From positions 11,782,001 through 11,846,000 of the forward strand of contig NC_045697.1 in assembly GCF_009834535.1 (NCBI RefSeq): a stretch of 64,000 nucleotides of DNA. Reading direction: 5' to 3'. The translations under genes were made by a program, and so were the position numbers. The stretch is from Camelus ferus. Lineage: Eukaryota. This document shows, one piece after another, positions 63,222 through 64,000 of the stretch. Within the stretch, counting starts at the first letter, position 1. Each line of letters starts with the position of its first letter. Below the pieces are notes generated by a model that did no database searches, was not told the DNA's origin, and saw only the letters and a program-made list of their open reading frames with translations.

Positions 63222-63790
63222 ATTAATTTATTCATCAAATATTTGTTAAGTGCCTTTTACGTTGCATGCACTGATTTAGCTTCTTGAGACACACAAGCAA
63301 ACAAAATCTCTTCCATTTGACGGGGAGTGGGGGAGACAACAAACAAGCAAGTAAGTAAAACAGGTAGTGTGTTCAAGGTGATAAATACTATGAAGAAAAA
63401 TAAAGTAGGAAAGAGAGATAGTACTTGAATGGAAACAAATGTGATTTAAATAGGGTGTGAGATAAGGCCTCACTGAACATTTGAGCAAGGACCTGAAGGA
63501 AGCAAAGAAGTGAGTTTGACAGAAATCTGGAGGCACCATTCCTGGCAGAGCAAACAGCCAATGCAAAGGCCCTGTGGCAGGAACTATCCTGGCTTTTTCC
63601 AGAAAGAGCAAGGAGGCGAGTCTGATAGGAGCAGAGAAAGTCAGAGATGAGGCCAGGAGATAACTGGTTGGAAGTGGAGAGACCAGATCACTTGCCCAAT
63701 AATCTGCATCTAAAAAGAGAAGAGACCTTGGTGAGTTCCGAACAGAGGAGTGACATGATCTAACCTACTCTTTTACAGGATCCACTGAGG
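63222..63790 (-). mobile_element. L2 3' end, antisense
   Basis: attcattaatttattcatcaaatatttg...catttgagcaaggacctgaagga...aacagaggagtgacatgatct. Confidence 0.8.
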
Positions 63791-64000
63791 ATGGAAGAGA
63801 CCTTGGAAACCGCTCTGGCCAGGGTAAATTACCACCTCCACTTCGCATGATCCACTGGGCTCTTCTCAGTCTTCATTCTTGCTGAATGGCCTTTCAGCAG
63901 CATTTGACCTTGTGGACCACTCTTGTCATCCAATCAGTATCTTATCTCCTCCCTCTCAGAGTCTTTTCTTCTGCCTATCCCATAAGCACTGGGCTTTCTC

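Noticed and set aside
1..64000. CRISPR arrays, operons, rRNA, intact transposase/RT genes or a novel multi-gene system
   Set aside because: No regularly spaced repeat-spacer array and no long intact ORF were seen; the content is explained by two spliced genes and decayed mammalian repeats.

Overview
Mammalian genomic DNA, most likely from a camelid (alpaca, llama or camel), judged from five copies of a tRNA-Ala-like SINE of the camelid type and cetartiodactyl L1/LTR ends. Two spliced genes lie head-to-head with about 2.1 kb between start codons. QDPR (dihydropteridine reductase, minus strand, 7 coding exons, 24572-37665) is intact: 729 nt, 242 aa, all introns GT-AG. CLRN2 (clarin-2, plus strand, 3 coding exons, 39777-47897) has one extra A at 46040 in exon 2 (181 nt instead of 180), predicting p.Phe118Leufs*85 in a hearing gene that is otherwise well conserved. 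That base is either a real loss-of-function allele or an assembly error. The rest is mostly old interspersed repeats (Charlie/MER hAT elements, MaLR/ERV LTRs, L1, L2, MIR). Other notable structures are a TSD-flanked, polyadenylated insert of non-repeat-looking sequence (2407-2783), a poly(A)-only insertion, an unexplained 43-bp direct repeat, chained uORFs before CLRN2 and a long compound CA/TG tract beside QDPR exon 4. I found no evidence of a new multi-gene system. Repeat family names and human comparisons come from recall, not database searches.
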